A stretch of 63,961 nucleotides of DNA from Candidatus Woesearchaeota archaeon. GTDB taxonomy: Archaea; Nanobdellota; Nanobdellia; SCGC-AAA011-G17; GW2011-AR18. The stretch is taken from positions 1 to 63,961 of the forward strand of contig JAGVZG010000006.1 in the NCBI GenBank assembly GCA_018302765.1, read 5' to 3'. Shown piece by piece: positions 8,941 to 18,755 of this stretch; position 1 is the first letter of the stretch, and each line of letters starts with the position of its first letter. The notes under the pieces were generated by a model. It was not told the DNA's origin, did not search any database, and was given only the letters and a program-made list of their open reading frames with translations. A program made the translations under genes and the position numbers.

Positions 8941-10245
8941 TCATTCTTTATTAAAAGTCTTTCTATTGTTTTTAGTTTGTCTATCAGCAATTTTTATTAT
9001 TCTTAAAGTATAATTAACAGGATTCTTACATTTGCTGCAAATACCCTCATCACACTTAACCCCCATAGTTTTATAATAATTTGGATTTTCACAATTTGGA
9101 GGCAAAACAATCTTCTTTTGCCTTTTAAACCAGCTAACCTGCGCCTTGATATATCCTTCTCTAAGTTGCTCATAATTTTTCTTATTCCATTCTAATAAAA
9201 ACCTCTCTACATCATCCAAGCTCCACCCCATATTTTGTAAGAAATTAACTAAAACAAAAATTGCTCTTTTTCTGCCGTCCTCTTTAACTCCAGATAATAG
9301 CTTTAATATACATGGTGGAAAATAATCCGCTTTAATAGCAGTCTTGGGCAGTTCATAATTTCTTTCCATTGTTTTTTTTTCTTCAACAAAACTACTTGAT
9401 TTTTTAGCCCAATCAAAAGCCTGAATCAATAATTCTCTTGCTTCATCATTAGCAACATTATCAGTATCTAAAAATGTCAAATTGAATTTCACATTTTCCA
9501 TCTCAGCATTTTTAATATCAAATTCACTAATGCTTTTAATTGGAATACTAACCAAACCAGATTTCTCATTAATAGAATAAACACACCTAAACAAATGCCT
9601 GCTGGAAATTAAAATACTGTCTATATCTACAACTTTAAAAGGGTCAAAATTTCCATTAAAAATAACATCTTGTACATTCTTACCAACACTCTTAGCAGCA
9701 TCATCAATTTTATATTTACTCAATATCTTGGAACTTAAAAAATCTTTTATCATGTCTTTTAGATATTCAGAAATTACTCTTACTCCATCAGGAAAATAAT
9801 TTTTTATATTGACGTTATTAACTTCTCTGGGAAAAGCTTCAAATGGGACTGCAATATGAAATCCATGATTGCCACTGAACTTCAAAGAATAATTTTTAAT
9901 ATTATGAAATTTCAAGGCCTCAATTATTAATTCAGCAGCATACTTGCTAAATTCCAAATTTTTTGAGTCAAGATCTAAAATACAATCCCACCCAATTCTT
10001 AGTTCCTCTAATTGTCTCTTGCTTAACCCAGATTCCAATGATAAGGGATCTTTCCATCTTTCTTCGCTAATATGAAAAGAAGTCATTCCTTGTTTAATTA
10101 AGTCTTTTACATCACCTTCAAAATTTACAATTTCTGGCCTTCTGCCCCTTATATTTCCAAACCAAACTTGCACTTCTCTGCTTTGTGACAATCTAAGAAA
10201 TTCCTTTTGAACATCCTTTTGAGAATAATATTCTTTTATATCCAT
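8941..10245 (-). CDS. Fused DNA primase PriS-PriL
   Basis: N-terminal AEP motifs LDLD and FSGNHGFH; C-terminal Fe-S domain PPCI...PPNC...C...CKNP. Confidence 0.85.
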   Translation of the reverse strand: MDIKEYYSQKDVQKEFLRLSQSREVQVWFGNIRGRRPEIVNFEGDVKDLIKQGMTSFHISEERWKDPLSLESGLSKRQLEELRIGWDCILDLDSKNLEFSKYAAELIIEALKFHNIKNYSLKFSGNHGFHIAVPFEAFPREVNNVNIKNYFPDGVRVISEYLKDMIKDFLSSKILSKYKIDDAAKSVGKNVQDVIFNGNFDPFKVVDIDSILISSRHLFRCVYSINEKSGLVSIPIKSISEFDIKNAEMENVKFNLTFLDTDNVANDEARELLIQAFDWAKKSSSFVEEKKTMERNYELPKTAIKADYFPPCILKLLSGVKEDGRKRAIFVLVNFLQNMGWSLDDVERFLLEWNKKNYEQLREGYIKAQVSWFKRQKKIVLPPNCENPNYYKTMGVKCDEGICSKCKNPVNYTLRIIKIADRQTKNNRKTFNKE

Positions 10246-10411
10246 GAACTAAAAAATTTAAATTCCTTTAAATAAATTATTATGATTAAAAGTATAATTA
10301 AAAAATTAGACGCAATGCTTAAAGGAATTTTGAAGTTATAAAATCATTACTCAGACCTTTTCAAACAATTATAATAAAATAATTTTAATGGATTAAAAAT
10401 ATTAGGTAAAC

Positions 10412-10957
10412 TCATTTTCTATGAAATACAGAATCAGCACTTTGTGCAAGATTTAAACGATATTTTAATTTACTTCTAACTACATCTAGTCTTGCAACGA
10501 ATTTACGCAACTCTAATATTTCTGTTTTCACCATATTTTTATCTATTTCTTTTCTATTGTAAATTTGATTTATTCCTACGTAATATCTGTTCAAAACCTT
10601 CTTAAATTCTTCTAGTTTTTTTAAGGTATCAGATAAATAATTTATATATTCATGTAATCTATAATCTTCCATCACATAATAATTATACGCTTTTATAGCT
10701 TGTGCATAGGACTTTTCAAAATTTTTTATTAATTGTTCTAAATTCACATTAAAGCTATTAAATTCATTTGTTCTAATGCTATTTGATTTTGCACTAAGAA
10801 TTTTTACATAAATTTCATTTATTTCTTTTATTTTATCATATTTAATTTCAAATAAATAAATATCACTTGGACGATGAACGGCTTGAGAAATATCTGGAGT
10901 TCCAGAAGTTGCTCCTATTAATCCAATTCCAATTAATAATTTTTTAAATAAATTCAT
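10412..10957 (-). CDS. Hypothetical secreted helical protein
   Basis: Signal-like N-terminus; 181-aa ORF. Confidence 0.6.
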   Translation of the reverse strand: MNLFKKLLIGIGLIGATSGTPDISQAVHRPSDIYLFEIKYDKIKEINEIYVKILSAKSNSIRTNEFNSFNVNLEQLIKNFEKSYAQAIKAYNYYVMEDYRLHEYINYLSDTLKKLEEFKKVLNRYYVGINQIYNRKEIDKNMVKTEILELRKFVARLDVVRSKLKYRLNLAQSADSVFHRK

Positions 10958-10986
10958 AAAGTTTTTAAAATCCTTCTATAATATAT

Positions 10987-11400
10987 TTAATCTTCCTCTT
11001 TCTTCAGTTTCTCAAACTCATGTTGTAGCGATCCAAGTTTCTGAACTGTGTTTTCAATTTCTTCTCTCAATTGTTCTAAAACAGAAACCACATCTCCTAA
11101 TTGCTTTTCAACAGTTTCCTTTGCACCTTCAACAGTTTTTTCAATACAAATATCATTGCCAACATTCATTAAAACAGATTTATTTTCTTTCAAATCCCCT
11201 TTAACAAAAATCCCACTGCCTAAAGGCATCAGCACTTCGCTATTAACTTTAGAATCCTTTAAATTTGACAAATTCTCATTCAAAGAATTCAAGTCATTTA
11301 TATGTTTCTCAAGAGCAGAAACATTTTGTTGTAATTGTTGCAATTGCTGCATCAAAAACTGGTATTCCATATATCTTTCTTTTAAGTCTAAATTGTCCAT
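10987..11400 (-). CDS. pfdA: Prefoldin alpha subunit
   Basis: Coiled coils flanking VLMPLGSGIFVKG...VLMNVGNDICIEK hairpins. Confidence 0.95.
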   Translation of the reverse strand: MDNLDLKERYMEYQFLMQQLQQLQQNVSALEKHINDLNSLNENLSNLKDSKVNSEVLMPLGSGIFVKGDLKENKSVLMNVGNDICIEKTVEGAKETVEKQLGDVVSVLEQLREEIENTVQKLGSLQHEFEKLKKEED

Positions 11401-11750
11401 TATCTTTTATTAGCAACCTTCTTATTTGAATTTGCTACAGAAGGCTCTTTTTGCTTATTGGATTTTCTCAGTCTCTTAGGTTTTCCCTTATGTTCCTTCT
11501 TCTTACCTTTCTTTACTTCAAGTATTTCAAAACCCAAATCCTTAAGAGATTTCACCACATCTTCATGAGAAGAATTTTTTTTGATTTTTACTTTTTTATC
11601 TAAAAACTCTAAGTGTTTAATATTGCACTTTCTCTTTCTTGTCAAACCATCTACTAAAACAAAAACACTATCCAATAAATCTACAACAACACAAAGCTGG
11701 CCTGCATCTCTTCCAGCAATTTTTATAGCAACGCTTCCAACCTCAACCAT
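11400..11750 (-). CDS. rpl14e: 50S ribosomal protein L14e
   Basis: VEVGSVAIKIAGRDAGQLCVVVD; start moved to MVEVG. Confidence 0.95.
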   Translation of the reverse strand: MVEVGSVAIKIAGRDAGQLCVVVDLLDSVFVLVDGLTRKRKCNIKHLEFLDKKVKIKKNSSHEDVVKSLKDLGFEILEVKKGKKKEHKGKPKRLRKSNKQKEPSVANSNKKVANKR

Positions 11751-12027
11751 CCTGCACCACCAGCTTCCTAGTTTTTTCAATTATAACTTTTCTCATACAA
11801 CTACTGCACAAAGTACCGCCATAAGGTCTTTCAGGTCTCTTCTGTGTCTTAGAAAGTTTTCTAACTATTGAAGGAATCCCTCTAACTACACCTTTCAAAT
11901 ACTCACCACAATCAGAACACTGGGGTCTTCCAGGTTTTCTTCTGTCATAATGAACTACAAGACTTCCTCCAGGAGTTCTAACATTTGACCTCCTGAATCT
12001 TCTTGATCTAAATCTTGGCGCTACCAT
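11743..12027 (-). CDS. rpl34e: 50S ribosomal protein L34e
   Basis: RTPGG, CxxC...RPERPYGGTLCSSC. Confidence 0.97.
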   Translation of the reverse strand: MVAPRFRSRRFRRSNVRTPGGSLVVHYDRRKPGRPQCSDCGEYLKGVVRGIPSIVRKLSKTQKRPERPYGGTLCSSCMRKVIIEKTRKLVVQDG

Positions 12028-12035
12028 AAATCCTC

Positions 12036-12494
12036 CTAATACACCTTCATTAATTTTCTAAGTACCATGCTAAATATAATTGAAAACACTATATAACTCC
12101 ATATTCCACCCATGCCTAAAAAAACAGTTCCAAAAGGTTCATAAGTCTTTCTTATCCAAACAAAAGCCAAAGCAAAAGGAACAAGTGTAGCTATCATTGG
12201 TTTTATACTTTGCTTATATTGCAATTTCATAATGTCAAAATTTTCCTTAGTCATTTTAGCATTTAACTCTGCTAATTTCTTAGGATCAGCTTTATGTTTT
12301 TTAAACTCTTCACGTAAAGAAGTTGACTTTTCCCTTAAAGACTTTAACAAAATCTGATCAGTTAAATACTTCCAAGCAATTGTACTCAACATAGATAAAA
12401 TAAATGAAATAAAAATTATTCCTACCAAAGGGCTTATAGAAACAGCCCATCCAAACAAAAAATCAAATATTTCATTCACTACCATTTTAGCCAC
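12036..12494 (-). CDS. DUF106 / EMC3-TMCO1 family membrane protein
   Basis: TM-coiled coil-TM topology, KPMIATLVPF and WSYIVFS motifs; canonical position after secY. Confidence 0.85.
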   Translation of the reverse strand: MAKMVVNEIFDFLFGWAVSISPLVGIIFISFILSMLSTIAWKYLTDQILLKSLREKSTSLREEFKKHKADPKKLAELNAKMTKENFDIMKLQYKQSIKPMIATLVPFALAFVWIRKTYEPFGTVFLGMGGIWSYIVFSIIFSMVLRKLMKVY

Positions 12495-13875
12495 CCATCA
12501 TCTTCCTCATAGCAGGATGCATATCCATCATGTGATGCTTTGCTATATCTTCATATAACTTATATATAATCATTACTGCTAATAAAATACCTGTACCCCT
12601 AGATAAAGCCCCTAATAAATCAGCGCTAGCCGCAATTATACCTATAAATAAACCGCCCATTATAGTTAAAGGAAATATGTATCTCTGAAGTACTTTTTCA
12701 AGTATTCTTTCATCTGTTCTAAAACCTGCTATATGCAAACCTGCTGCTCTTATTTGTCTAGCTTGGCTTGCCGCGTCCATTCCTGAAGTTTGTACCCAAA
12801 ATATAGAAAATACAACTGAGCCTAAGGCCAATATTAAAATATAAACAAAAGCCTTGACTAAATCTAACAAAACAAAACTGCCTGTTAAAATACCAGTAAC
12901 AATAGGAGGCCCGCTTATCCAGCCAACAATAGAGGTTGCTAAACCAGCATCTATAATACCTTTTGTCTGCAAAAATGTTGCACCTAACTGAAAATTAGCT
13001 AATAAAGCTGCAATAAGTATTACAGGAATATTGCTTGTATATAAAAAATTCAATGGCCATCTAACACCATAACCGCTTACTCTTCCAAAACTTAAAGGAA
13101 TCTCTACTTTCATAGCCTGTGCATAAACAGAAATAACGAATACAATTATAGTGGAAATAACACCAACGATAGCAATAATTGCTTCTTTTGGTGCCCCGCT
13201 TAATAAAGAAGTAAAAAATACAAGTATTGCACCAACTGGTGGTTGGCCAGAACCAGATGCAAATTCTCCAAGAGAATTAAGAGGACTGAAAGCTCTGATA
13301 AAAATTTCTGAAGCAACACCAGCAGCTATAAACAAACTAACACCCGATCCAAAACCCCACTTGCTTACAACTTCATCCATTAACAAAACTAAAAATCCTC
13401 CAACAACTAATTGCGCTATTAATATAAGTTGAAAACTAAAATAAGCAGGATTTCCAACCAAAGCAGGATCAGGAGCTAAACCCCCTAGCATTACGTAAAC
13501 AATAGACTCAAATAAAATAAAAAATATTGTCGTAATTTTCTGCAAACCTTGGAAAAAAGTTCTTCCATCATGCGTAGTTAAATCTAGCTTAATAATACCA
13601 GATCCGACCAGAAGCTGTAAAACTATTGATGAAGTAACAATGGGACCTATACCTAAACTAAGTATAGAACCAAAGCTTGCACCAAGAATAATAGATAATT
13701 CTCTAAACCTGCTCAGTGAATTCTGGCCTAAACCATATAAAGGTATGACAGATAAAATATAAAATGCAATTAAAATCACTAAAGTCCAAATAAGTTTATC
13801 CTTAAATCCTAATTTCTTCTGTTCAGGTTTTTTGACTTCAGGCAAAAAAGAAACTATTTTACTAATCAGAGACAT
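12487..13875 (-). CDS. secY: Preprotein translocase subunit SecY
   Basis: LGIGPIVTSSIVLQLL, SKWGFGSGVSLFIAAGVA, YTSNIPVIL, GTGILLAV. Confidence 0.99.
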   Translation of the reverse strand: MSLISKIVSFLPEVKKPEQKKLGFKDKLIWTLVILIAFYILSVIPLYGLGQNSLSRFRELSIILGASFGSILSLGIGPIVTSSIVLQLLVGSGIIKLDLTTHDGRTFFQGLQKITTIFFILFESIVYVMLGGLAPDPALVGNPAYFSFQLILIAQLVVGGFLVLLMDEVVSKWGFGSGVSLFIAAGVASEIFIRAFSPLNSLGEFASGSGQPPVGAILVFFTSLLSGAPKEAIIAIVGVISTIIVFVISVYAQAMKVEIPLSFGRVSGYGVRWPLNFLYTSNIPVILIAALLANFQLGATFLQTKGIIDAGLATSIVGWISGPPIVTGILTGSFVLLDLVKAFVYILILALGSVVFSIFWVQTSGMDAASQARQIRAAGLHIAGFRTDERILEKVLQRYIFPLTIMGGLFIGIIAASADLLGALSRGTGILLAVMIIYKLYEDIAKHHMMDMHPAMRKMMGG

Positions 13876-14323
13876 TTTCCTCTATAATGCCCCCTTTGTC
13901 CTTTATTTTTTTAACAACCGCTTGAGAAAAATACTGGGCGCTAATTTTCAACTTGACATTTACATCACCGCCACCCAATAATTTTTGATAGCCCAGTTTA
14001 TCTAAATCAACAACATAAAAATCTCCTTCTTTAGCAACTAATTTATTTTTAAGATAAAATTCCAGTTTATTCTGTAAATCATCCACATTTATAGCTTTAA
14101 TTTTTTTAACTAATTTCTGAGGCCTATTAAATCCATGTTTGCCAAAATACTCATTTCCATATAATTTTAATATTGTTGGTTTTTTCTGGTCAGCCCTTTT
14201 ACCGCTGCCAGCCATTCCCCTACCGCCCCTATTGCCAGCGCCCCTGTGCTTCTTCTTAGCGCCCCATCCGTGGGTGTGGGTTCCTCTCATCCTAGAAAAC
14301 TTACTTCTTTTATTTACAGTCAT
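13862..14323 (-). CDS. rpl15: 50S ribosomal protein uL15
   Basis: RGTHTHGWGAKKKHRGAGNRGGRGMAG. Confidence 0.98.
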   Translation of the reverse strand: MTVNKRSKFSRMRGTHTHGWGAKKKHRGAGNRGGRGMAGSGKRADQKKPTILKLYGNEYFGKHGFNRPQKLVKKIKAINVDDLQNKLEFYLKNKLVAKEGDFYVVDLDKLGYQKLLGGGDVNVKLKISAQYFSQAVVKKIKDKGGIIEENVSD

Positions 14324-14324
14324 T

Positions 14325-14792
14325 TTATATCATCCTTTTAATCAGTTGATTTATATTGTCTTTTCTATAGCCTAAAGCTCCACCAAGACTAAATTGCTTC
14401 TTTATGCCTTCTCTATCAAAACCACCAGTCGGAGGCTTTAGCCTAAAGAACTGCTTTAGACCAGGAACGTCCCTAAACTTAACTTTTGAATTCATAAAAC
14501 TTTTAGAAAATTCATCAAAACTCATCTTAATTTTTTCCCTCAAATATTGTTCAGTTAACTGCTTATTGCCAATAATTCTGCCTCTCTTTTCCAATAAAAC
14601 TCTAAAAGTTTCCTCATCAATTTCTCCCCAAGTAATAAAATCTTTCAAAAGAACAAGCATGCCTAAATAATTTCTTGTGTCATCAACAACAACACAGCTG
14701 TTCTTCCTAACAAGTTTTAAAAATTGTAAAGTATCTATAAACTTCTTACTCATTCCAATAGTTCCTCTAACTTGAATAACTGCTAACTTCAT
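14325..14792 (-). CDS. rpl30: 50S ribosomal protein uL30
   Basis: AVIQVRG...FRLKPPTGGF...GYRKDNINQLIKRM. Confidence 0.97.
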   Translation of the reverse strand: MKLAVIQVRGTIGMSKKFIDTLQFLKLVRKNSCVVVDDTRNYLGMLVLLKDFITWGEIDEETFRVLLEKRGRIIGNKQLTEQYLREKIKMSFDEFSKSFMNSKVKFRDVPGLKQFFRLKPPTGGFDREGIKKQFSLGGALGYRKDNINQLIKRMI

Positions 14793-14794
14793 AG

Positions 14795-15514
14795 TTATAC
14801 ATTAGATGTTGTTGTGCCTTCAACAACGCCTGCCTCCTTAATAAAATTTTCATTCATTTTAACATTGCTCAATCTCTTCAAAGCTTTAAAGCATGCCATA
14901 AAAAAATTCAATTTTGTTGATGTTTGTCCCTCTGTATTTGTATAAATGTCATTTATGCCTGCCAAACTTAATAACGTCCTTATTTTTCTTTCAGCTTTCA
15001 AACCTGTACCTCTAGGAGCAGCCATCAATGTAACTTTAACACTGCCAGATTTACCAGTGACTTTAAAAGGAACTGAATGTGGTGTCTTGCAGTCGCAATC
15101 CCAAGAACCGCAAGCCCTTCTTATTTTAATAATATTTAATTTCGCAGTTCTTATTGCTTTTTCTCTAGCAGGAACTGTTTCCTTAGAGCTCCCAAAACCA
15201 ACTCCAACATAGCCATTTTTATTTCCTACAACAGCAAAAGCAGAAAATTTTATTCTATTGCCTTCAGAAGTTTTCTTTTGTGTTTGCTTCCAAATACTAC
15301 CCTTACCTCCGCCAAATTTCCCCTTGCTTTGTCCAACTTCAAGTAGTTCAACACTTAAATCAGGCAATAAAACATCAACAACTTCAGGTTCCAAAATTTT
15401 CTGTCCTTTATCAAGAATATCTCCTATATCAGTAATTTCCTTATTCTTAACTTTTCTACCTAATTCCGTCTTAGGTTTCCAATTTTCAATGTTAAAAGTA
15501 TTAGTTAGCGCCAT
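14795..15514 (-). CDS. rps5: 30S ribosomal protein uS5
   Basis: WKPKTELGR, VVGNKNGYVGVG, LMAAPRGTGL. Confidence 0.98.
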   Translation of the reverse strand: MALTNTFNIENWKPKTELGRKVKNKEITDIGDILDKGQKILEPEVVDVLLPDLSVELLEVGQSKGKFGGGKGSIWKQTQKKTSEGNRIKFSAFAVVGNKNGYVGVGFGSSKETVPAREKAIRTAKLNIIKIRRACGSWDCDCKTPHSVPFKVTGKSGSVKVTLMAAPRGTGLKAERKIRTLLSLAGINDIYTNTEGQTSTKLNFFMACFKALKRLSNVKMNENFIKEAGVVEGTTTSNV

Positions 15515-16088
15515 CTTTAATTATATTTTTCTTAACCTCCTCAAAATGCTTACTAAATTCTTCAGGTTTCAAACCTGAATGTAAATATTTAGAAAATTGC
15601 TTACCATATTGCTCTTTTCCAGCAAGTGAAGATGCATAAAGTTCAATATGTTTGCCACTAACTCTCTCATAGCTAGGCAAAACATCTTCCTTAAAAGCAA
15701 CTTTTACTCCTACGTCTACTAAACCTTTTACAGCTGCAAAAAAACTAGAGCCTGGAACAGCTCTAAAAATACCTAAATCTAAAATACCTGAATCAAACCT
15801 ATTTTTTTTTGCTTTTAAACCACACAGCAAACCAACAAGGTAAGCAGAAGAAAGATTTCCACAATGCCCTTTCCAACCATATTTCAATAAATTTAAAGTA
15901 GAAGCAGAAACTAATACTTTATCTCCTGCGCTATCAAACTTAACAAATTGCACTGAAAAACTATTTAACGTTTTTCTTAAAACAATCCTAGGTCTTCCAG
16001 AAGAAAGAAGTCTCAGTCTAGTTTTGTAGTCTGTTTTTCCTTCTCTCTTTCTTCTAAAATCCAAAGTGTATGCTTTTCCTTTCTTCAT
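15501..16088 (-). CDS. rpl18: 50S ribosomal protein uL18
   Basis: RRKREGKTDYKTRLRLL, GNLSSAYLVGLL. Confidence 0.98.
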   Translation of the reverse strand: MKKGKAYTLDFRRKREGKTDYKTRLRLLSSGRPRIVLRKTLNSFSVQFVKFDSAGDKVLVSASTLNLLKYGWKGHCGNLSSAYLVGLLCGLKAKKNRFDSGILDLGIFRAVPGSSFFAAVKGLVDVGVKVAFKEDVLPSYERVSGKHIELYASSLAGKEQYGKQFSKYLHSGLKPEEFSKHFEEVKKNIIKDGAN

Positions 16089-16537
16089 TTTTTAACCCAC
16101 AAACTATGTTCTGTTAAGTAAAGTTTTATATGCCTTCTGCTTCTAAAAAAACCACCTTTCGCCTTCGCTCTTAAAATTCTATAGGTTTCACTAGTAATAT
16201 TTCCATTTTCGACTAAATCAGAAAACAAATTTCTCTGTGCTCTAATTCTGTTAACCCACTCCTCCTTTCTTCCAAGTCTTGAAGTCCTCTTGCCTTTTTT
16301 AGAACCAGATCCATTCATTCTACCTTTACGTTTTTGCAATGTAATCATTCTAGCTCTGCCTCTGGAAATACCTACTTTTTGCTTAACAAGTATTGAACCA
16401 TCAACTATTAATTTTCTAATATCATCTCTAGTTATTGCCTCTTTAATTTCAGCAGTTTTATTAGGATCAAACCACACCCTATCAAAACCAACTTTCAATA
16501 CCCTAGACGCAATTAGTCTCTTATTCCTTAGATTCAT
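16085..16537 (-). CDS. rpl19e: 50S ribosomal protein L19e
   Basis: RVWFDP...AITRDDIRKLI...WVNRIRAQR. Confidence 0.98.
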   Translation of the reverse strand: MNLRNKRLIASRVLKVGFDRVWFDPNKTAEIKEAITRDDIRKLIVDGSILVKQKVGISRGRARMITLQKRKGRMNGSGSKKGKRTSRLGRKEEWVNRIRAQRNLFSDLVENGNITSETYRILRAKAKGGFFRSRRHIKLYLTEHSLWVKK

Positions 16538-17066
16538 CTTTCTTTTCCTCTAAAACCTTACTCTCATTATTGTTTTTCCCATCTTTAACAGATTGTTCTG
16601 TTTTTTTCTTATCTTTCTTTTTGTTTGATTCATTTTTCTTTAGTTGTAAATACTCACTAAGCTTAGTCAATAAAACATCCACATCTTTAACACCAAATAT
16701 ATGCAGTTTCTTCTCTTTAATTTTCTTAAGAAGTTCTATTCTCTTCTTAGTTCCAACACTATGCGCTAATACAACAACATGTAATTTATTATCTATTTTC
16801 TCCAAATCATTTAAATTGAAAACAATAAAAGGAACAAACCCTTTCCTAGTTAATCCCTTTGCAGCAGCAGGACTGCTATAACCTATAGAAGGAAAACCTC
16901 CATGACCTTTAAAACCACGCCTTAACTTACTGTGAATTCCTTTTGGCTTTCTCCACTTCCCTCGAAACTGCTTGAAAATATTAGCATCTTGTCTTTGAAA
17001 CCTTGGCTTTTTAGCTTTCATTTTATTTCTATTTGTTAATAAAGAATTTACGCTAGTCATTTTCAT
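16521..17066 (-). CDS. rpl32e: 50S ribosomal protein L32e
   Basis: KPRFQRQD...WRKPKGIHSKLR...PSIGY; Lys-rich C-terminal extension. Confidence 0.95.
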   Translation of the reverse strand: MKMTSVNSLLTNRNKMKAKKPRFQRQDANIFKQFRGKWRKPKGIHSKLRRGFKGHGGFPSIGYSSPAAAKGLTRKGFVPFIVFNLNDLEKIDNKLHVVVLAHSVGTKKRIELLKKIKEKKLHIFGVKDVDVLLTKLSEYLQLKKNESNKKKDKKKTEQSVKDGKNNNESKVLEEKKDESKE

Positions 17067-17610
17067 CTCCAGGTTTTGATATTATATAACAACCATCTTG
17101 GAATATTCTCCTGTCTTTATTTGTAATTCTTGTTGTTTGTTCTATTGTGGCTGCAGTCTGACCAACCTTTTCTTTATCTAAACCATTAACAAGGATTATA
17201 TCCCCTTGCACTTGAACTTTAACTCCATCTAAAATACGCGCTTTCCTAGGTACTTTTTCTCCCAAGAAATTTTTTATCATAACATTGCTACTATCAACAG
17301 TAACATTCATCGGAAAATGTCCAGAACATATTTTAAGCTTAGCACTGTATCCTTTATCAACTCCAATAAACATATTCTTAACATGAGCCTTAAAGCTGTT
17401 CATCAGCATCTTATCTGATTGAGAAAACTTAAAACCTTGCCTACACTTAAATAAAAGAAAACTCCCTTCTTTCACAAGCTCTATTTTTGGATTTAAAAAT
17501 TTTCTTTCCAAATTACCCTTAGGTCCTTTAACAATTATATTATTACTCACTATTTGTAAATCTATACCTTGAGGAATTTCTAGTTGGGTACTATAACTCT
17601 TATTAGCCAT
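17053..17610 (-). CDS. rpl6: 50S ribosomal protein uL6
   Basis: GHFPMNV, NFLGEKVPR, DRRIFQDGCYI. Confidence 0.98.
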   Translation of the reverse strand: MANKSYSTQLEIPQGIDLQIVSNNIIVKGPKGNLERKFLNPKIELVKEGSFLLFKCRQGFKFSQSDKMLMNSFKAHVKNMFIGVDKGYSAKLKICSGHFPMNVTVDSSNVMIKNFLGEKVPRKARILDGVKVQVQGDIILVNGLDKEKVGQTAATIEQTTRITNKDRRIFQDGCYIISKPGDEND

Positions 17611-17611
17611 A

Positions 17612-18004
17612 TCAATAACAATAAGCTATTAGCTTACCTCCTATTCCTTTACTTAATGCTTTTTTATGTTCCATAATGCCATTAGAAGTTGTTACAATAA
17701 AAAAACCAAAACCTTTAGCAGGTAAATATCTTTTCTCAAATAACTCATAATTTTTTTTTGTGAAAGAAAACCTAGGCTTAACAACCCCACAACTATTAAT
17801 ATTGCCTATAAGGTTTATTTTCACTACGCCACCAGCACCTTTATCAATAATTTCATAACTACCTATATATTTATTTTCTTTAAATATTTCCAAAATAGAA
17901 AGCAGCACTTTAGAACTGGGTCTGACAATGCATTCATTCTTGCCTTTCTTTTCGCAATTCAATATGTTTGATAAACAATTTGCTAATGGATCATTTAAGC
18001 TCAT
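17612..18004 (-). CDS. rps8: 30S ribosomal protein uS8
   Basis: MSLNDPLAN...GVVKPRF...RYLPA...GGKLIAYCY. Confidence 0.98.
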   Translation of the reverse strand: MSLNDPLANCLSNILNCEKKGKNECIVRPSSKVLLSILEIFKENKYIGSYEIIDKGAGGVVKINLIGNINSCGVVKPRFSFTKKNYELFEKRYLPAKGFGFFIVTTSNGIMEHKKALSKGIGGKLIAYCY

Positions 18005-18012
18005 TTCTCCTC

Positions 18013-18243
18013 CTAACTAAACTTCCTAAATCCTATTCGCTGGGCATCTTCTCTAAAACACATCCTGCACAAATTAATACCATAACTCCTTACATGTGCC
18101 CCGAACCTGCCGCACCTTTTACATTTTCTAAGGCCAATGCCTGTAGTTCTGGTTTTGGGTGAATTATGCTTCAAAAATTTCTTAAGCTTTGTAGGCTTAG
18201 CTTCAAGCTGCTTAAATGCTTTCTTAAAATCTTTAGTAGTCAT
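18013..18243 (-). CDS. rps14: 30S ribosomal protein uS14
   Basis: CKRCGR...LCRMCFRE zinc finger. Confidence 0.97.
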   Translation of the reverse strand: MTTKDFKKAFKQLEAKPTKLKKFLKHNSPKTRTTGIGLRKCKRCGRFGAHVRSYGINLCRMCFREDAQRIGFRKFS

Positions 18244-18755
18244 TCTTCCTCACCTACAACAATACCAAATTTATCTTTCATAAAATTCACAGCGTCATCA
18301 GTTGTTATTCTATGTTTCATAGGAATTTTCCTCGTACGTATTGATCTTTTGCCAATTCTAAAACCAGGTCTACCCAAAGTAACAGCAACTTCTAATCCAA
18401 TAACGCCAATGCTTGCATCATATTGAACATCTGGAATATCTATATATTCAGGAATACCAAAAGAAAAATTACCAAACTTATCAAATTTATTTCTTGATAA
18501 TTTATTATCTGCAGCACTTAACAAATTAACTAAAAGTTTCTCAGCATTTTTTCCTCTAACAGTTACCTTACAAGCTATATTTAAATTTGGTCTTACTCCC
18601 CATGTAGGAATCCTTTTATTGCTTGAAGTAGGAACAGGTTTTAACCCTGTTATATTTTTAAGAAGTTTCATAGCCTTCTCTAGTTTTTCGCCTGGTGCTC
18701 CAACTCCAATGTTTAAAGTTATTTTTTCAACTTTAATCTCTCTCATAATATTCAT
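18240..18755 (-). CDS. rpl5: 50S ribosomal protein uL5
   Basis: [25 protein letters not shown]. Confidence 0.98.
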   Translation of the reverse strand: MNIMREIKVEKITLNIGVGAPGEKLEKAMKLLKNITGLKPVPTSSNKRIPTWGVRPNLNIACKVTVRGKNAEKLLVNLLSAADNKLSRNKFDKFGNFSFGIPEYIDIPDVQYDASIGVIGLEVAVTLGRPGFRIGKRSIRTRKIPMKHRITTDDAVNFMKDKFGIVVGEEE

